Shown: positions 1 to 9,257, counted from the stretch's first letter. The stretch is 29,023 bases of DNA from an uncultured archaeon (GCA_964608675.1 CAZSOZ010000008.1:1-29023); one strand, 5' to 3'. Numbers and translations are program-made. Notes: generated from the sequence alone by a model not told the origin.

Positions 1-2844
1 ACAAAAGAAGAAAAAGAACAAGAAAAAAAAAAAGAAAAAAAAACAAAAAAAAAAACAGAAAAACCAGAAGAAAAAAAAGAAACAAAAAAAGAAAACCAAG
101 AAAAAAAAGGAAAAAAATCTAATTCTGATTCAAAGAAAAAAAAAGAAAAGAAAAAAAAAGGAAAAACAAAAAAAGAATCTGATTACAAAAAAAAAGATTT
201 AACTGAAAAAGAAAAAAAGCTTTTAAAGCAGGCAGAAAACGATGAATTAGAAGAAGAACTTCCTAAAAAACCTGAAATAAAAAAGAAAATACTTGAAAAC
301 GCAATTAAAATGAGTGAAGACGAATTCGATGAATTTGATGCAGAAGAAATTGACGGAATAGAATATTATTCAGGCGACAAAAAATTTACTTTAAAAGACG
401 AAAAAGCAAAAGAAACAAAAGAAACTGCTATTGGAACAGAATTAAGTTTCCTTGAAAACCAAGAAACCGGAAACGCTTTTATTGGAAGAAAAAAAAGTAT
501 TTTTGAAAAATACCAGGAAAAAGCAGGATTGTTTGTAGGAAGAGTAGATGAAGAAGAAATACAAGAAAAAAACATTTTGCTTGATTCTTTGAATCCTCAT
601 GTAGTTTTTGTATGTGGTGCAAGAGGTTCAGGAAAAAGTTATGTTTTAGGAGTTTTGGCAGAAGAACTTGCATTAAAGAATCAGGATGTAGGATTAATTG
701 TAATTGATCCAATCGGAGTGTTCTGGTCAATGAGGTATCCAAACAAAGAAGTAAACGAAGTAACAAAATTAAGCGAATGGGATTTAATGCCTCAGGGACT
801 TGACAACATTAAAGTGTTTATTCCTGAAGGAATTAAATCAGAAGTTCCAAAAACAACTTATGATGCAACTTTTTCAATTCAGCCTTCTTTACTGACATCA
901 GAAGACTGGTGCCTGACTTTTGGAATGGAAAGATTTGGTCCAGGAGGACTCCTATTAAGCAAAGTATTAAAAAAATTAGAACATGGATTTAAGGCAGAAG
1001 GAAAATACATTAAAGCAAAAAAAGAAAATTATTCTTTAAACGACATTATTTTCTGCCTTGAAAAAGACGAAGAATTAAATTCAAGAGAAAGAGGATACAA
1101 ACAAGATTCAATAAGAGCTTTAGTTTCAAGATTTGAAGCAGCAAAAAGCTGGGGTATTTTTTCAGAAAAAGGAACTCCATTAGGAGAATTAAGCAGAGAA
1201 AACCAGCTAACTATTCTGGATACAAGTTTTTTAGAAGACGATGTCACAGCGTTAGTTATAGGAATAATTGCAAGAAGAATTCTTTCAGCAAGAAAAATTT
1301 CAACAAGAAAAGAAGCAGCAAAAAAATTCAAAAAAAATTTAGATGAAATGCTTGAATTAGATATTCCTCCGACATGGCTTTTTATAGATGAAGCCCATAC
1401 TTTGATTCCTTCAGGGAACGTTAAAACTCCTGCAACTTCTGCTTTAGTTGAATATGTAAAACAAGGAAGACGGCCGGGCTGTTCATTGGTGTTTGCAACC
1501 CAACAGCCTTCAGCAATTGACACAAAAGTTTTAAGCCAGCTGGATATAATGATTTCCCACAAGCTTGTTTTTGACGACGACATTAAAGCAATATTCAAAA
1601 GAGTTCCATCTATTGTACCAAGAAAATACAGAAAAAGCAGTTTTATTAGAACTCTTTCAGTGGGAACAGCTTTAGTTGCAGACCGAAGAGAAGAAACTTC
1701 AAGGGCTTTTGTAATGAATATTAGGCCAAGAATGTCACAGCATGAAGGAAGAGATGCAGAAACATCAGAATCCAAAACAGATGTATCAGAAAAAGATGTT
1801 TTGGAAATTGCAGTTGAAATGATTTGGAGAAAAATACAGGACGCGCCACTTGAAATGGAAAAAGTAAATGCATTAGTTGATACATTAAATGGAAAATACA
1901 AAAGCAAAGTAATGCTTTCATCTGTACTGGATGCATTAGAAGAAAAAAGTGCCGTGATTTCTGTAGACAAAGTTTTCATTAAAGGAAAAGAAAAAATAGA
2001 AGAAGAGGAAGAAGAATCAACAGAAACAGAAGAAGAAAAATATGAAAGAGAAATAGAAGAAGGACTAAAAAAACAAAAGGAAATAAAAGAAAAAGGTTTA
2101 ATTGGAGAAGAAAAGCCAATAAAAGAATTAAGTCTAGCAGTAAAAATAGATGAAGAAAATGCAAGAAAAATTGCAGACAAAAACAGAAAAAAAAAGGCAT
2201 TAGGTTTGTTTGGAAGCGAAGAAAGAATAAAAGGAATAATACTGAATTTTGAGCCAATCTACAAAATAAGTTTAAACGATTTTGATTTAAAGAAAGAATT
2301 TGTTTCAGTTGAATGCTATGTAAACGGTTTAACCGGAGAATTAATGCATTTTAATGGAAAACAATTCATTGAATCAAAAGGATTCAGCAAAGCTGATTCA
2401 TTAAACAGAGATGAATCCTTTATTTTAAGAAATTTACTGCAAAAAAAAATGTTAAAAGAAATCATTGAAAAAAATCCGGATTTAAGTGAAGAAAAAGCAA
2501 AAAAAATTGTTTCTTCTCTGGCAGAAAAAGGTTTTTTAAAAAAAGAAAAAAAAGAAGGAAGAATACAATATTCATTAAATAAAGAAATTGATTTACCTTT
2601 TAGTCCAAGAATAAAATTAATTAGTTCATTAAATGACTGTTCTTTTACAGAAAGCCTTGCAAACAACAATGTAAAAACAAAGTTTGGAGAAGAAGAAATA
2701 AATTCAAAAATAAAAGGTTTATGGCCTAATTCAGTTATAAAAAAAACAGAAAAAATACACAGACCTGTTTACTACATAATATTTGAGGAGAATGGAAAAG
2801 AAAGGCTTCTTAAATTAGATGCAGCAACAGGACAAAAAATTTAA
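1..2844 (+). CDS. HerA/FtsK-superfamily (DUF87-like) P-loop ATPase with a K/E-rich N-terminal region and a C-terminal wHTH-like region; probably 5'-truncated by the window
   Basis: Walker A GARGSGKS, VIDPIG, Walker B LFIDEAH, KQGRRPG, ATQQP. The frame of the ATG at 310 is open back to base 1 (TKEEKEQEKK...), so the real start may lie upstream of the window. Confidence 0.85.
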   Translation, partial: TKEEKEQEKKKEKKTKKKTEKPEEKKETKKENQEKKGKKSNSDSKKKKEKKKKGKTKKESDYKKKDLTEKEKKLLKQAENDELEEELPKKPEIKKKILENAIKMSEDEFDEFDAEEIDGIEYYSGDKKFTLKDEKAKETKETAIGTELSFLENQETGNAFIGRKKSIFEKYQEKAGLFVGRVDEEEIQEKNILLDSLNPHVVFVCGARGSGKSYVLGVLAEELALKNQDVGLIVIDPIGVFWSMRYPNKEVNEVTKLSEWDLMPQGLDNIKVFIPEGIKSEVPKTTYDATFSIQPSLLTSEDWCLTFGMERFGPGGLLLSKVLKKLEHGFKAEGKYIKAKKENYSLNDIIFCLEKDEELNSRERGYKQDSIRALVSRFEAAKSWGIFSEKGTPLGELSRENQLTILDTSFLEDDVTALVIGIIARRILSARKISTRKEAAKKFKKNLDEMLELDIPPTWLFIDEAHTLIPSGNVKTPATSALVEYVKQGRRPGCSLVFATQQPSAIDTKVLSQLDIMISHKLVFDDDIKAIFKRVPSIVPRKYRKSSFIRTLSVGTALVADRREETSRAFVMNIRPRMSQHEGRDAETSESKTDVSEKDVLEIAVEMIWRKIQDAPLEMEKVNALVDTLNGKYKSKVMLSSVLDALEEKSAVISVDKVFIKGKEKIEEEEEESTETEEEKYEREIEEGLKKQKEIKEKGLIGEEKPIKELSLAVKIDEENARKIADKNRKKKALGLFGSEERIKGIILNFEPIYKISLNDFDLKKEFVSVECYVNGLTGELMHFNGKQFIESKGFSKADSLNRDESFILRNLLQKKMLKEIIEKNPDLSEEKAKKIVSSLAEKGFLKKEKKEGRIQYSLNKEIDLPFSPRIKLISSLNDCSFTESLANNNVKTKFGEEEINSKIKGLWPNSVIKKTEKIHRPVYYIIFEENGKERLLKLDAATGQKI

Positions 2845-4523
2845 TTTTTTTCATTCAATTGACTGATTATTGTTTCAGCAATTTTTTTTGGATCATGCCT
2901 TAATAAATCAACTTTTTCCCATAAAACCCGTTTTTTTTCAGAAGAAATTGATTCAATTAAATCAGCTCTGATTATTTTTGTTTTATTTAATTTTTTTTCA
3001 TTTAAATTATCTTCTACAAGAAAAGCTCTTTCTTTTTCATATAATTCAAGAACTCTTTTTTCAGGAACAGAATTATTCAACAAAACAAAATCTATGAAAT
3101 CCAAGGAAATGATTTTGTTTAATTCATTCAAATAATCTGATGCCTTAAAATCAGGAGTTTGACCTGGCTGAGTAACAATATTTAAAACAAAAAATTTTTT
3201 TGCTTTTGATTTTTTTACTGCAGAATTAAGTTCTTTAACTAAAAGGTTGGGCAGAATGCTTGTATAAAAGCTTCCTGGAGCCAGAACAACTGCATCAGCT
3301 TCAAGAATTGATTTAACTGCTTCAGAGAAAGCTTTTGGTTCAGGAAACAAAAAAATTTTTTTTATTTTTCCTTTAGTGTTTCTTACATTAAATTCTCCTT
3401 CAACCTTTTTTCCGTCTTCAAATTCTGCACACAAGTTAACGTCATCCAAAGTTGAAGGAACAACTTTTCCTTTAATTGCGAGAATTTTAGAGGTTTCCTT
3501 TAAGCCTAACTCAAAGCTTCCTTTTAATTTAGTTAAAGCAGCAATAAATAAATTTCCAAAAGAATGCCCGTTTAATTCATGGTTGCCGTGAAAACGGTAT
3601 TGAAATAAATCTTTGAGCAGTTTTTCTGAATCACTTAAAGCAACAAGACAGTTTCTTATGTCTCCTGGAGGAAGAATATTCAAATCCTTTCTTATTTTTC
3701 CTGAACTTCTCCCTGAATCAGTTACAGTTACAATTGCAGTAAGATTTTTAGTGTATTTTTTTAATCCATTCAAAAGAATCGGCAGACCTGTTCCACCTCC
3801 TATTGCAACAATTTTAAGAGAAGACCCATTGGATTTTTTTTCTAGTGCATTAATTGCTTTATTTAACTCTGAAATAGAATTAATTGAATAATCTGCTTCC
3901 TCTAAAATGTTTTTAGCTTTAACTTTTGAAAACCTTCCGTGCAGTATTCGAATTGAATTCATTCCAAGAGAATTTGCAATTCTTATTTCTGAATGAATTC
4001 TGTCTCCAACAGAAACAATTTCTTCAGGCTTTAATTTAAAGCGCTTTAAGGTTTCCCTAAAAAATTCTTCTTTGTCAGGGCCTTTTTCTATATCGTGAAT
4101 AAAAATTTCATCAAACAAAGAAATTAAACCAAGCAATTCAATTTTTTTCTGCTGTCTTTTTGTGATTCCTGAAGTAATTAAAATTAATTTAATTCCTTTT
4201 GTTTTCAGGTTTTCAAGAAGGTCTCTTGTTTTAGGAAACAAATGAATTTCTTCAACTAAATCAGAGTTATATGCTTCAAGAGCTTTATTTACAATTAAAT
4301 CCTTTTTTTTTCCACCCGCATATTTTTCTGCAATTAAATCAAAAACGTTTGCAGTGGGATTCAGTTCATTTAATTTTTTTTGTTCTTCAATTAATTTTTC
4401 TTCACCTACATTAATTCCGGCTGAAACCATTGCTTTTACTGCACGCCTTCTTGCATTAAAAACAAGAAGATTAGTGCAATCAAACAAAGTGTCATCCAAA
4501 TCAAAAATTACTGCTTTAATCAT
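2841..4523 (-). CDS. Fusion of a HAD-superfamily hydrolase (N-terminal) and a YvcK/GlmR (UPF0052/CofD-like) domain (C-terminal)
   Basis: HAD motifs FDLDDTL, ITSG and VGDRIHSE. YvcK motifs IGGGTGL, VTVTDSGRSSG, PPGDIRNCL, FQYRF, GHSFGNL, PGSFYTSILPNLL, TQPGQT and RHDP. Confidence 0.9.
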   Translation of the reverse strand: MIKAVIFDLDDTLFDCTNLLVFNARRRAVKAMVSAGINVGEEKLIEEQKKLNELNPTANVFDLIAEKYAGGKKKDLIVNKALEAYNSDLVEEIHLFPKTRDLLENLKTKGIKLILITSGITKRQQKKIELLGLISLFDEIFIHDIEKGPDKEEFFRETLKRFKLKPEEIVSVGDRIHSEIRIANSLGMNSIRILHGRFSKVKAKNILEEADYSINSISELNKAINALEKKSNGSSLKIVAIGGGTGLPILLNGLKKYTKNLTAIVTVTDSGRSSGKIRKDLNILPPGDIRNCLVALSDSEKLLKDLFQYRFHGNHELNGHSFGNLFIAALTKLKGSFELGLKETSKILAIKGKVVPSTLDDVNLCAEFEDGKKVEGEFNVRNTKGKIKKIFLFPEPKAFSEAVKSILEADAVVLAPGSFYTSILPNLLVKELNSAVKKSKAKKFFVLNIVTQPGQTPDFKASDYLNELNKIISLDFIDFVLLNNSVPEKRVLELYEKERAFLVEDNLNEKKLNKTKIIRADLIESISSEKKRVLWEKVDLLRHDPKKIAETIISQLNEKN

Positions 4524-4534
4524 AAAAAAATCCC

Positions 4535-5011
4535 TTAATCAAAAAATTTTGCCATAACCAGTTCATTTTTTCCTTTATAATAATGGTCTTTTAATACTGT
4601 CTCTTTATGCATTCCTATTTTGGAATAAAAAGCAATTGCTCTCTGATTATCTTCATGAGTAAAAAGAAATAATTTTCTGAGCCTGCTGTTATTCAAAGAA
4701 AAAAATTTTTTTGCATGAACTTCAACTGAATCAAACAATTTTTTTGCAATTCCTTTTCCGCGAAATTCCGGCAAAATAGCAATTCTGTCTAATTCAATTA
4801 AACCATGCCTTGGAAGCCCTTTCATAGCCCAAGAAACAATCCCAATAACTTTTCCGTTAAATTCAGCTGAAATAAAATTCCATTCTTTTTTTGTTTCGTT
4901 TTCAAAAACTTTAAGGCCTTCTTCAATTGACTGAATGCTGTAGCCTTCCCTTAAAATTAATGCTATTTCCTGTGCATCTTTTTGTTCTGATTTCCTTAAA
5001 ATTAAATTCAT
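4535..5011 (-). CDS. GNAT-family N-acetyltransferase (RimI-like features)
   Basis: Acetyl-CoA motif ILPEFRGKGIAKKL, plus NQRAIAFYSKIG and HYY. ATG at 5011 preferred; an in-frame TTG at 5020 is the alternative. Confidence 0.85.
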   Translation of the reverse strand: MNLILRKSEQKDAQEIALILREGYSIQSIEEGLKVFENETKKEWNFISAEFNGKVIGIVSWAMKGLPRHGLIELDRIAILPEFRGKGIAKKLFDSVEVHAKKFFSLNNSRLRKLFLFTHEDNQRAIAFYSKIGMHKETVLKDHYYKGKNELVMAKFFD

Positions 5012-5023
5012 TAAAATCAATTC

Positions 5024-6796
5024 TCACTTAACTGTAACGCTTTTAGCAAGGTTCCTGGGTTTATCGGGATTTCTTTCAAGAAAAACTGCTGTATGAAAAG
5101 CAAGAAGCTGTAAAGGAATAATTGAAACCAAAGGAAACAAAAGTTCATTTACTTTAGGCAAAGGAACAAAAAAATCAAATACTTCATGATTTTCATTACT
5201 TACTCCAATAATGAAAGCTCCTCTGGATTTTGCTTCAATTGCATTGTTAATTGTATCCCTAAAAACTGAATCCCTTGGAGCAACCACAATAACAGGGGTT
5301 CCATCAGAAATTAATGCAAGAGGGCCGTGCTTTAAGCTTCCAGCCTGAAATGCTTCAGCATGAATATAAGAAATTTCCTTTAATTTTAATGCAGCTTCAA
5401 GAGCAGAAGAAAAATTAGTGTTTCGTCCAATAAAATAAACGTCCTTAGAAGACTTAATTTTTTTTGAAAGAGATTTAATTAAAGAAGAATTCAAGTTAAT
5501 GGCTTCCTGCATTTTAGAAGAAATTTCATTTAATTCCCTTAAAGCAGGAAAAAAATTTTCTTTACAGGAATTTGCAAGCAAATACAATAAAGCAAGCTGG
5601 GAAGTAAAAGCTTTAGTTGAAGCAACTCCTATTTCTTCTCCGCACTTCAAATAAATTACTTTATCGCTTGCTCTCGCAAGAGAAGAATTAAATACGTTAA
5701 CCATTGAAACAATCTTGAAGCCCTTTTTTTTGGTTTTCTTAACTGAATCCAATACATCTGCAGTTTCACCGCTTTGAGACAAAGCAAAAATCAAAGCGTT
5801 TTCAGGCAAAAAATCAATTTGATAAGGAAACTCTGAAGCTTCAATTACCTGAGGATAAATTCCAGCAATACGAGAAAAAAATTCTTTAGCAAACAAAGCA
5901 GCATTAAAAGAAGTGCCGTTTGCAATAAAAAAAACTTCAGAATATTTAATTAAAGAAGCAACATCAGAAAACAGTTTTTTGTCCTGCTCTAAAACAGACT
6001 TCATAACAGAAGGCTGTTCCATTATTTCCTTTAACATGAAATGAGAATACTTTAATTTGCCGGAAGAAGTAATATCAGAATTTACTTCAACAATTTTTCT
6101 TTTAACAGGCTTCAAAGAAAAATCAAAGCACTTGAATTCATTTTTTGCTTTATTCCTTGAAATCAAAGCAATATCGTTGTCCTCCAAAAACACAAACTTG
6201 TTTGTAAAAGAACTCAAAGGAATCTGATCAGAAGCAGCAAAAATTCCTTTTTCTGAAACCCCCAAAAGCAAAGGAGATTCATGCTTAACTGCAATAAGTT
6301 TGTCTGGCTCTCTTGAAGAAAAAACAAGCAAAGCAAAACTTCCCTGCAAAACAGAAACCGATTTGCTGACAGAAGTCAAAAGATTATTTCCTGAATTCAT
6401 TTCTTCTTCAATCAAACACAAAACAATCTCTGAATCTGTTTCAGAATTAAATTTTTTTTCTGAAAACTTTTTCTTTAAATCAGAAAAATTTTCAATTATG
6501 CCGTTATGCACAATAGTTATTTCATTAGAAGAAGAAACATGAGGATGCGCATTTTTTTCAGAAATTTTTCCGTGAGTTGCCCAGCGGGTATGCCCTATAA
6601 TTAAATGAGATTCAATGTCCTGAATTTTGCTTGGAATACTTGAAATAGAACCAACTGATTTAAAGGCTTCAACTTTTCCTTCAAAAAAAAACGCTGTCCC
6701 CCAGGAATCATAACCGCGGTATTCAAGTTTTTTTAATGCACCAATAAAATAATTTCCTTTAATGGGCTCTCCGATAAAGCCGATTATTCCGCACAT
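5024..6796 (-). CDS. glmS: Glutamine--fructose-6-phosphate aminotransferase (isomerizing)
   Basis: N-terminal MCGIIG (the catalytic Cys fixes the start at 6796), LEYRGYDS, GHTRWATHG, HNGIIEN, SQSGETAD, VASTKAF, LKEISYIHAE, KHGPLAL and C-terminal PRNLAKSVTV. Confidence 0.97.
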   Translation of the reverse strand: MCGIIGFIGEPIKGNYFIGALKKLEYRGYDSWGTAFFFEGKVEAFKSVGSISSIPSKIQDIESHLIIGHTRWATHGKISEKNAHPHVSSSNEITIVHNGIIENFSDLKKKFSEKKFNSETDSEIVLCLIEEEMNSGNNLLTSVSKSVSVLQGSFALLVFSSREPDKLIAVKHESPLLLGVSEKGIFAASDQIPLSSFTNKFVFLEDNDIALISRNKAKNEFKCFDFSLKPVKRKIVEVNSDITSSGKLKYSHFMLKEIMEQPSVMKSVLEQDKKLFSDVASLIKYSEVFFIANGTSFNAALFAKEFFSRIAGIYPQVIEASEFPYQIDFLPENALIFALSQSGETADVLDSVKKTKKKGFKIVSMVNVFNSSLARASDKVIYLKCGEEIGVASTKAFTSQLALLYLLANSCKENFFPALRELNEISSKMQEAINLNSSLIKSLSKKIKSSKDVYFIGRNTNFSSALEAALKLKEISYIHAEAFQAGSLKHGPLALISDGTPVIVVAPRDSVFRDTINNAIEAKSRGAFIIGVSNENHEVFDFFVPLPKVNELLFPLVSIIPLQLLAFHTAVFLERNPDKPRNLAKSVTVK

Positions 6797-6925
6797 TAAA
6801 CAATACTGCATCTCAAACTTTAAAAAGCATCTACTAAAAAAAAAATAAAACAAAAAAAGAAATATTTAAAAAGAAAAACCAACCAGTATAAATAAAAACT
6901 TAATAGTGCTAAAAATATTTTTATA

Positions 6926-7846
6926 ATGGTGATTTTTTTGGATGAAAAAATTTTTGAAAACCCTGTGAAATTAAAGCCCCTGCTTTCAAAAACAGGCTGG
7001 AAAATCTTTAAACTGCTTAACGAAAGAGCTTATTATCCTGCAGAAATAGCAAAAAAACTTGGACTGCATGAACAAAAAGTTTACTATTATATTAATCAAA
7101 TGAAAAAAAATGATTTAATTGAAATTGACAGAACAGAAGAAAAATTTGGAGCACTGGCAAAATATTTTAAAGCAAAATTTAATTCTGTTTCTTTGATTGC
7201 AGGAGAAGAAAAAGGAACAGAATTTCAGGCAGAAGGAAAACAAAAAAAAATAAACAAAAAACTTGAAGAATTCTTTTTTCCTTTTATTGAAAAAGGAAAA
7301 TTTAATGCAAAAATTGTAGTCGGAAGCCCTGACCCCCACGGAAGCTTTAAGGCAAGAGCAAGGGATTCTTTTCTTGGAATAGAATTAAGCGCTTTTTTGG
7401 GTGCGCTTTCAGATGAAATAAGATATCCAATGGTTTTTCTTGACACAGAATTAAAAAACCTGAAAGAAGAAAACTTTAATTTTATTGTAATAGGAGGAGT
7501 TTTAACAAACACTTTAACTAAAACCATTAACTCAAAGCTTAACGCTCAATTTATTCCTTTCGGAGGAAGATGGATAATTAAATCAAAAGCATCAAAAAAA
7601 GAATTCAACGAAGACGCAACAGGCTTTGTGGAAATAATCAGGCATCCTTTTTTTGCAAAAAAAAAGATTATGGTTATTGCAGGGAACAGGAATGCAGGAA
7701 CAAAAGCCGCAATTCTTGCATTAATAAGGAATTCCAAAGAAATAATTAAAGGAAATTCATTCAACGAAAAAATTCATTCAAAGATTGTTGAAGGCATTGA
7801 TTTGGACGGAGACGGAAAAATAGACAACATTGAAATAAAAGAATAA
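6926..7846 (+). CDS. Putative transcriptional regulator: ArsR-like winged HTH plus a C-terminal alpha/beta domain
   Basis: HTH YPAEIAKKLGLHEQKVYYYINQM. C-terminal FIVIGGVLTN and VIAGNRNAGTKAA resemble the S-layer C-terminal domain pattern. Ends in DLDGDGKID. Divergent from glmS. Confidence 0.75.
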   Translation: MVIFLDEKIFENPVKLKPLLSKTGWKIFKLLNERAYYPAEIAKKLGLHEQKVYYYINQMKKNDLIEIDRTEEKFGALAKYFKAKFNSVSLIAGEEKGTEFQAEGKQKKINKKLEEFFFPFIEKGKFNAKIVVGSPDPHGSFKARARDSFLGIELSAFLGALSDEIRYPMVFLDTELKNLKEENFNFIVIGGVLTNTLTKTINSKLNAQFIPFGGRWIIKSKASKKEFNEDATGFVEIIRHPFFAKKKIMVIAGNRNAGTKAAILALIRNSKEIIKGNSFNEKIHSKIVEGIDLDGDGKIDNIEIKE

Positions 7847-7879
7847 CTATTTTAAGGAGAACAAACAATAATAAAAAAT

Positions 7880-8215
7880 ATGAATAAAGGATTAAATAAA
7901 AGACAGGAAGAAGAAAAAAAATTAATAAAAAAAGACCCTCATCTGCTTAATGTGATTCTAGCAAAAGAAAGAACAATTGAAGCAAAATTAAGGACGACTT
8001 TGTCTGTTATTAATACTGGAACAGCAGTCGGAGCATTTGGTTTTGCATTAATTAAATTCTTTGAAGGAAATGAGTCAGCAACAGGACTGGGTTTTTTTCT
8101 TTTATTTTGTGCTTTATTGATTGCTTTGTACGGAATAAAAAGGTTTATTCATTATTATCAAGAATCAAAGCTTATTAAAAAACACAGAGCAGATTTAGCT
8201 GAATTAATTGAATAA
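7880..8215 (+). CDS. DUF202/YidH-like small membrane protein
   Basis: LAKERT..LRT motif followed by two hydrophobic segments. Confidence 0.7.
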   Translation: MNKGLNKRQEEEKKLIKKDPHLLNVILAKERTIEAKLRTTLSVINTGTAVGAFGFALIKFFEGNESATGLGFFLLFCALLIALYGIKRFIHYYQESKLIKKHRADLAELIE

Positions 8216-8224
8216 AGTGAAAAA

Positions 8225-8500
8225 ATGGAGTTAAATGAATTCACTGTTAAAAGCTGTATGAGCAAAACTGCATGCGAGTTTATTCCAAAAAAGAAAACTG
8301 AACTGGATTTAAGCAAAATCGCAGAAAAATTAAGGCAAAAAGAAGTTTTAGTGGATATTGAAACCCCTTATGTTTTGATTTTAAAATTTAAAGGAAAAAA
8401 CATTTCTTTATTCAAAAGCGGAAAAATTATTGTAAAAGAAACCCCTGAAGAAAAAGAAGCCCAAAAAATAGCAGAAGAATTAATGAAAAAAACAAAATAA
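8225..8500 (+). CDS. Hypothetical small protein (possible TBP-like/helix-grip fold)
   Basis: 91-aa ORF 9 nt after the previous stop. Pattern LDLSKIAEKL...TPYVLIL...ISLFKSGKIIVK. Confidence 0.65.
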   Translation: MELNEFTVKSCMSKTACEFIPKKKTELDLSKIAEKLRQKEVLVDIETPYVLILKFKGKNISLFKSGKIIVKETPEEKEAQKIAEELMKKTK

Positions 8501-8524
8501 TTAACAAAAAAATCAAACAGTAGA

Positions 8525-8578
8525 TTTAAATATAGGTTTTTACATATTTAGCCTAATTGTTTTAATTTCGTGAGGTGA
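8525..8578 (+). promoter_or_regulatory. Putative TATA box and Shine-Dalgarno of the 8586 gene
   Basis: TTTAAATA at 8525-8532 and GAGGTGA at 8572-8578, 7 nt before the ATG. Confidence 0.5.
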
Positions 8579-8585
8579 ATAAAAC

Positions 8586-9227
8586 ATGGTAGATTATGGA
8601 AATGCATTTAAAAAACCTTTCCAGGACATAACAAAATTGGTTATTGGAATAGTGTTAATGATACTTCCCATAGTGAATTTTCTTTCATTAGGATACTTTA
8701 TTGAAACAACAAAAAAAACTTTGAATAATGATACCTCTCTTCCTGAATGGACTAATTGGGGGCAATTATTTATTAACGGGCTTCTTTCAGCAGTAATAGG
8801 ATTCATTTATATGATTCCGGCAACGATAATAATGTTTATAGCATTTGCACCCATATTTGGAATTATTACAGGAGCTGTAATGGGAGGAGGAGACCCTACT
8901 GTTGCATTAGCAGGAGCCCTTGCAGGAGCAGGAGTTCTGTTAATGATTGGACTGCTTGTGTTCCTATTGACTGTATTTTTGCTTCCAATGGCAATAGTTT
9001 ACTTTGCTAAAGGAGGATTTGGAAACGCATTCAACATAGGAGGCATAATTAAAAGCTGTCTGACTTCAAACTATATTGTTTCATGGATAATCATAGCAGT
9101 AGTTACAATAATCCTTACATTAGTGCTTGGAATAATTCCTTTTATTGGATTAGCAATAGCCGGCTTTTATTTGGGAATTATTGAATACACAATTTTTGCT
9201 CAAGTATTAATTGAACAAGGGAAATGA
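8586..9227 (+). CDS. DUF4013-like integral membrane protein
   Basis: AFKKPF...ILPIVNFLSLGY...LPEWTNWGQLFINGL signature, multiple TM segments and a strong RBS. Confidence 0.8.
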   Translation: MVDYGNAFKKPFQDITKLVIGIVLMILPIVNFLSLGYFIETTKKTLNNDTSLPEWTNWGQLFINGLLSAVIGFIYMIPATIIMFIAFAPIFGIITGAVMGGGDPTVALAGALAGAGVLLMIGLLVFLLTVFLLPMAIVYFAKGGFGNAFNIGGIIKSCLTSNYIVSWIIIAVVTIILTLVLGIIPFIGLAIAGFYLGIIEYTIFAQVLIEQGK

Positions 9228-9257
9228 TTTTCCCTTTTTTTTATTTTCTTTTTTTTT
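9217..9257 (+). terminator. Hairpin plus T-tract terminator
   Basis: AAGGGAAA-TGAT-TTTCCCTT stem-loop spanning the stop codon, followed by long T runs. Confidence 0.55.

Noticed and set aside
1029-2180. Long antisense ORFs (also 15390-16235, 26295-26702, 28095-28535 and others)
   Set aside because: S/F-rich shadow frames opposite well-supported K/E-rich genes, with no motifs or RBS.
2841-3820. CofD (F420 biosynthesis) assignment
   Set aside because: The motifs (DSGRSSG, PPGDIRNCL, GHSFGNL, RHDP) are YvcK-type, and no other F420 genes are in the window.
6797-6925. glmS ribozyme upstream of glmS
   Set aside because: The region is short and A/T-run rich with no recognisable paired core. The ORF-track extension to 6853 is also rejected, because GlmS needs Cys at its N-terminus.
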